A stretch of DNA of 64,000 bases from Dehalococcoidia bacterium (GTDB taxonomy: Bacteria; Chloroflexota; Dehalococcoidia; UBA2979). The notes beneath the pieces are model-generated. The model was not told the DNA's origin. It searched no databases and worked only from the letters and a program-made list of their open reading frames with translations. Positions within the stretch are counted from its first letter, which is position 1; each line of letters opens with the position of its first letter. Shown one piece after another: positions 61,677 through 64,000 of the stretch. A program made the position numbers and the translations under genes. Location: the NCBI GenBank assembly GCA_023228825.1, contig JALOAL010000003.1, positions 123,956 to 187,955 on the forward strand, read 5' to 3'.

Positions 61677-61970
61677 ATCCCGATCTATCCCTTCCACTGT
61701 GACGCGTGCGGCGCGGAGTTCGAGGTCTCCCGGAAGGTCTCGGCCATGCGCGACCCTGCGGCCTGCCCCGCCTGCGGCACGGATGCGCGGCGCGTCTTCA
61801 CTGCGGTCGCCCTCGGCGGCGTGGCGGAGGATCCGGCCAAGGCCGCGAAGCGCCCCCAGCCCGGCGGCTGGTCGCACCAGGGCCACTCGCACGGTGCGGG
61901 GACCGGTGCGCACTCCCATGGCCTGTGGGACCAGCCGGCCCCCGCCCCCAAACCGCCCCCCTCCGCCTGA
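61677..61970 (+). CDS. FmdB-family zinc-ribbon protein with His/Gly-rich tail; the canonical Met1 position is ATC
   Basis: (I)PIYPFHCDACGAEFEVSRKVS....ACPACG aligns with the family start MPIYEY.C..CG..FE. There is no ATG, GTG or TTG between the in-frame stop at 61653 and this point. GAAGG lies 9 nt upstream of the ATC. Confidence 0.55.
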   Translation: MPIYPFHCDACGAEFEVSRKVSAMRDPAACPACGTDARRVFTAVALGGVAEDPAKAAKRPQPGGWSHQGHSHGAGTGAHSHGLWDQPAPAPKPPPSA

Positions 61971-62125
61971 CCTCGGAGCGCGCGCTCTCCGGCGGAGCCC
62001 CCGTGGCTCCACGCGCCTGCTCCATTGCCGCTTGCACGCCGCTCCCGCCCAGTCCCACAACGCTCAGGTGATGAAGGCCGTGGGAGACGGCTCACGGACG
62101 CTGACGGAGCAGGGCTTCCGGGATC

Positions 62126-62905
62126 TCAGGACGGCAGCGGCACGGGGCGGCCGGTACGGGGGTCTGGCACCAGGGTCATCGGGATGCCGAAGACACGCTC
62201 CAACACGTCCTCCCGCATGACCTCGGACGGCGAGCCTTCGAAGGCGATGCGACCGTCCATGATGCCGATGATGTGGTCGGCGTACCGGCTGGCCAGGCCC
62301 AGGTCGTGCAGCACTGCCACCACGGTCAGGCCGCCCTGGTTCAGGGTGCGGAGGACATCCATCAACTCCACCTGGTGGCGCAGGTCCAGGAACGTGGTGG
62401 GCTCGTCCAGCAGCAGGATGCGCGGCTCCTGCGCCAGCGCGAGCGCCAGCCAGGCGCGCTGACGCTCGCCTCCGGAGAGGGCGCGGAGCGGGCGCTCGCG
62501 GAGCGCCTCCAGGTTCGTCGCGTGGATGGCGCGCTCCACGGCGGCGGCGTCATCCGGGGTGGCCGGGCGCAGGAAGCGATGGTGCGGGGTGCGTCCGCGC
62601 CACACCAGTTCCTCCACCACCAGGTCGATGTCCAACTGTTGCATCTGCGGCAGGATCGCCAGGCGTCGCGCCACCTCGCGCGATCCGAGGGTGGCGATGT
62701 CTTGCTCCTGGCCGGGCTCGCCCAGGTACACGCGTCCGGCGTCCGGACGCATCACGCGCGCCAGGCCTCGGAGCAGCGTGCTCTTGCCGCTGGCGTTGGG
62801 CCCCACGATCGCCGCGAACTCACCCGAGGCGATCGAGAGCGAGACGTCATGGACGACCTCGAAGCGGCGGTAGGAGAGGGTCAGGCCGTCAGCGCGGATG
62901 TTCAT
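62126..62905 (-). CDS. ABC transporter ATP-binding protein (FecE/BtuD-like iron-siderophore/cobalamin import family)
   Basis: Walker A GPNASGKSTLL, signature LSGGERQR, Walker B LLLLDEPT, H-loop. Confidence 0.9.
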   Translation of the reverse strand: MNIRADGLTLSYRRFEVVHDVSLSIASGEFAAIVGPNASGKSTLLRGLARVMRPDAGRVYLGEPGQEQDIATLGSREVARRLAILPQMQQLDIDLVVEELVWRGRTPHHRFLRPATPDDAAAVERAIHATNLEALRERPLRALSGGERQRAWLALALAQEPRILLLDEPTTFLDLRHQVELMDVLRTLNQGGLTVVAVLHDLGLASRYADHIIGIMDGRIAFEGSPSEVMREDVLERVFGIPMTLVPDPRTGRPVPLPS

Positions 62906-63951
62906 CTGCGGAACCGCACCAGGTAGAGGAGGAAGGGCGCGCCCACGGCGGCGGTGAGGATGCCCATGGGGATCTCCGCAGGCCGGATCACCAGCCTCGC
63001 GATCAGGTCCGCACTCGTCACCAGGATGGCGCCGGTGAGGGCGGAGGCGGGCACCAGGAAGCGGTGGTCGTCACCCACGAACGAGCGCGCCACGTGCGGA
63101 CTGACCAGCCCCACGAAGGAGACGAGCCCGGCAATGGCCACCGCCGCCCCCGTCAGCAGCCCCACGATCCCCAGCACAAACACGCGCGTGCGGTCCGTGA
63201 GCACGCCCAGGCCCGCGGCCATCTCCTCGCCCAGGGCGAGTGCGTTCAGCCGGGAGCCGAGGGCGAAGGCGAGCAGGCCGGCAGGCAGCACGACCGGCGC
63301 GATAGCCGCCGCGTCGCGCCAGTCCGAGCCGTACAGTCCTCCGGCCAGGAAGCCCAGGCTCAGTTGCAGGAATGTGCGGGAGGAGGACAGCAACCCCACG
63401 ATCACCGCGCCAAAGAACGCCGCGATCGCCACGCCCGCCAGCGTGAGGCGGATGGCCGTCACGGCCCCCTGCCACGCCAGCGCCAGCAGCACCCCGGCCC
63501 CCACGAGGCCTCCACCGATCGAGACCACCGTGAGCGACTGCTGGCCGATAGCCGGCGCCGCCACGAGCGCGATCGCCACGGCAAGTCCGGCCGCGGAGGA
63601 GACACCCAGGATGGTGGGGTCCGCCAGTGGGTTGCGGGTGACTACCTGCAGGAGCGCCCCGGACACGCCCAGCGCAGCCCCCACCAGCACGCCGCCGAGG
63701 AAGCGCGGCAGGCGGATCTGCCAGACCACGGTGCGCTCGAACGACTCGCCGGGGATCAAGCCGCCCAGCGCGTCGGCGGGCGCGATGGTGATGGCGCCCA
63801 GGATCAGGCTCAGCAGGCCGACCGCGAGCAAGAGCACGCACGCCAGCAGCGTCCACGTGACGAACCGTTGGCGGCGGCGCGAACGCCATGACCGGGGCCG
63901 GCTCTCGCCCGCCCCGGTCATCGTCGCGCTCGCCGGCGCTCCTTCAGTCAT
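62902..63951 (-). CDS. ABC transporter permease, FecCD/BtuC family
   Basis: 349 aa and ~9-10 TM, with the FecCD pattern (NPLADPTILGVSSGA-like NPLADPTILGVSSAAGL). It overlaps the downstream ATPase gene by 4 nt. Confidence 0.9.
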   Translation of the reverse strand: MTEGAPASATMTGAGESRPRSWRSRRRQRFVTWTLLACVLLLAVGLLSLILGAITIAPADALGGLIPGESFERTVVWQIRLPRFLGGVLVGAALGVSGALLQVVTRNPLADPTILGVSSAAGLAVAIALVAAPAIGQQSLTVVSIGGGLVGAGVLLALAWQGAVTAIRLTLAGVAIAAFFGAVIVGLLSSSRTFLQLSLGFLAGGLYGSDWRDAAAIAPVVLPAGLLAFALGSRLNALALGEEMAAGLGVLTDRTRVFVLGIVGLLTGAAVAIAGLVSFVGLVSPHVARSFVGDDHRFLVPASALTGAILVTSADLIARLVIRPAEIPMGILTAAVGAPFLLYLVRFRR

Positions 63952-63956
63952 CGGTC

Positions 63957-64000
63957 CTACTTACTGAGGTCACCCCTCAGCCACTCCGGCATGCGTTGTC
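63957..64000 (-). CDS. 3' end of an upstream gene cut by the window edge (...PEWLRGDLSK*)
   Basis: The frame is open to the window edge and stops at TAG 63959-63957, 5 nt before the permease ATG. Identity cannot be determined from 14 codons. Confidence 0.25.
   Translation of the reverse strand, partial: QRMPEWLRGDLSK

Overview
This is a very GC-rich bacterial chromosomal window, mostly core housekeeping genes. From the left edge on the minus strand: def (cut by the window edge), priA, rplS, a trmD-NUDIX fusion and mogA. A complete dcw cell-division and cell-wall cluster follows on the plus strand (mraZ, rsmH, ftsL-like, ftsI, murF, mraY, murD, ftsW, murG, murC, ddl, ftsQ, ftsA, ftsZ). After that come nrdR and nrdJ (B12-dependent ribonucleotide reductase), a VapBC toxin-antitoxin pair, yggS-proC-yggT, yggU, recA-recX-rny, and tRNA-Asp.

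The right half is more accessory. It holds decayed acyl-CoA dehydrogenase and AraC remnants next to the tRNA, a 5'-3' exonuclease, and an EF-G paralog. It also holds several secreted proteins and lipoproteins, a class-F-like sortase, dodecin, ChaB/Rho_N small proteins, a tandem-fused CoA-transferase and a CHAP-SH3 wall hydrolase. At the right end are a cobalamin riboswitch in front of a BtuF-like binding protein, an orphan histidine kinase, ybaK and an iron/B12-type ABC permease-ATPase pair.

FtsA, RNase Y, a sortase, GAAC-N4-GTTC SOS boxes and very high GC together suggest a Chloroflexota (Thermomicrobia-like) organism. This is inference only.

I found no CRISPR array, transposase, integrase, rRNA or recognisable multi-gene defence system, and no convincing novel multi-gene system. 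The oddities I rate highest are:
- an in-frame, SD-preceded 212-codon repeat-containing extension upstream of the ftsZ core
- a TrmD-NUDIX fusion
- a LexA-type box in front of nrdJ, matching the one in the recA promoter
- two adjacent exported proteins ending in GLPTG near a sortase gene
- a C-terminal domain shared by two secreted proteins
- an FmdB-type zinc-ribbon gene whose Met1 position is ATC
- head-to-head truncated gene remnants beside tRNA-Asp
- a recurring pattern of short perfect tandem duplications at gene boundaries, one of which rewrites a C-terminus

Many long ORFs in the supplied track are antisense or out-of-frame GC artefacts and were not called.
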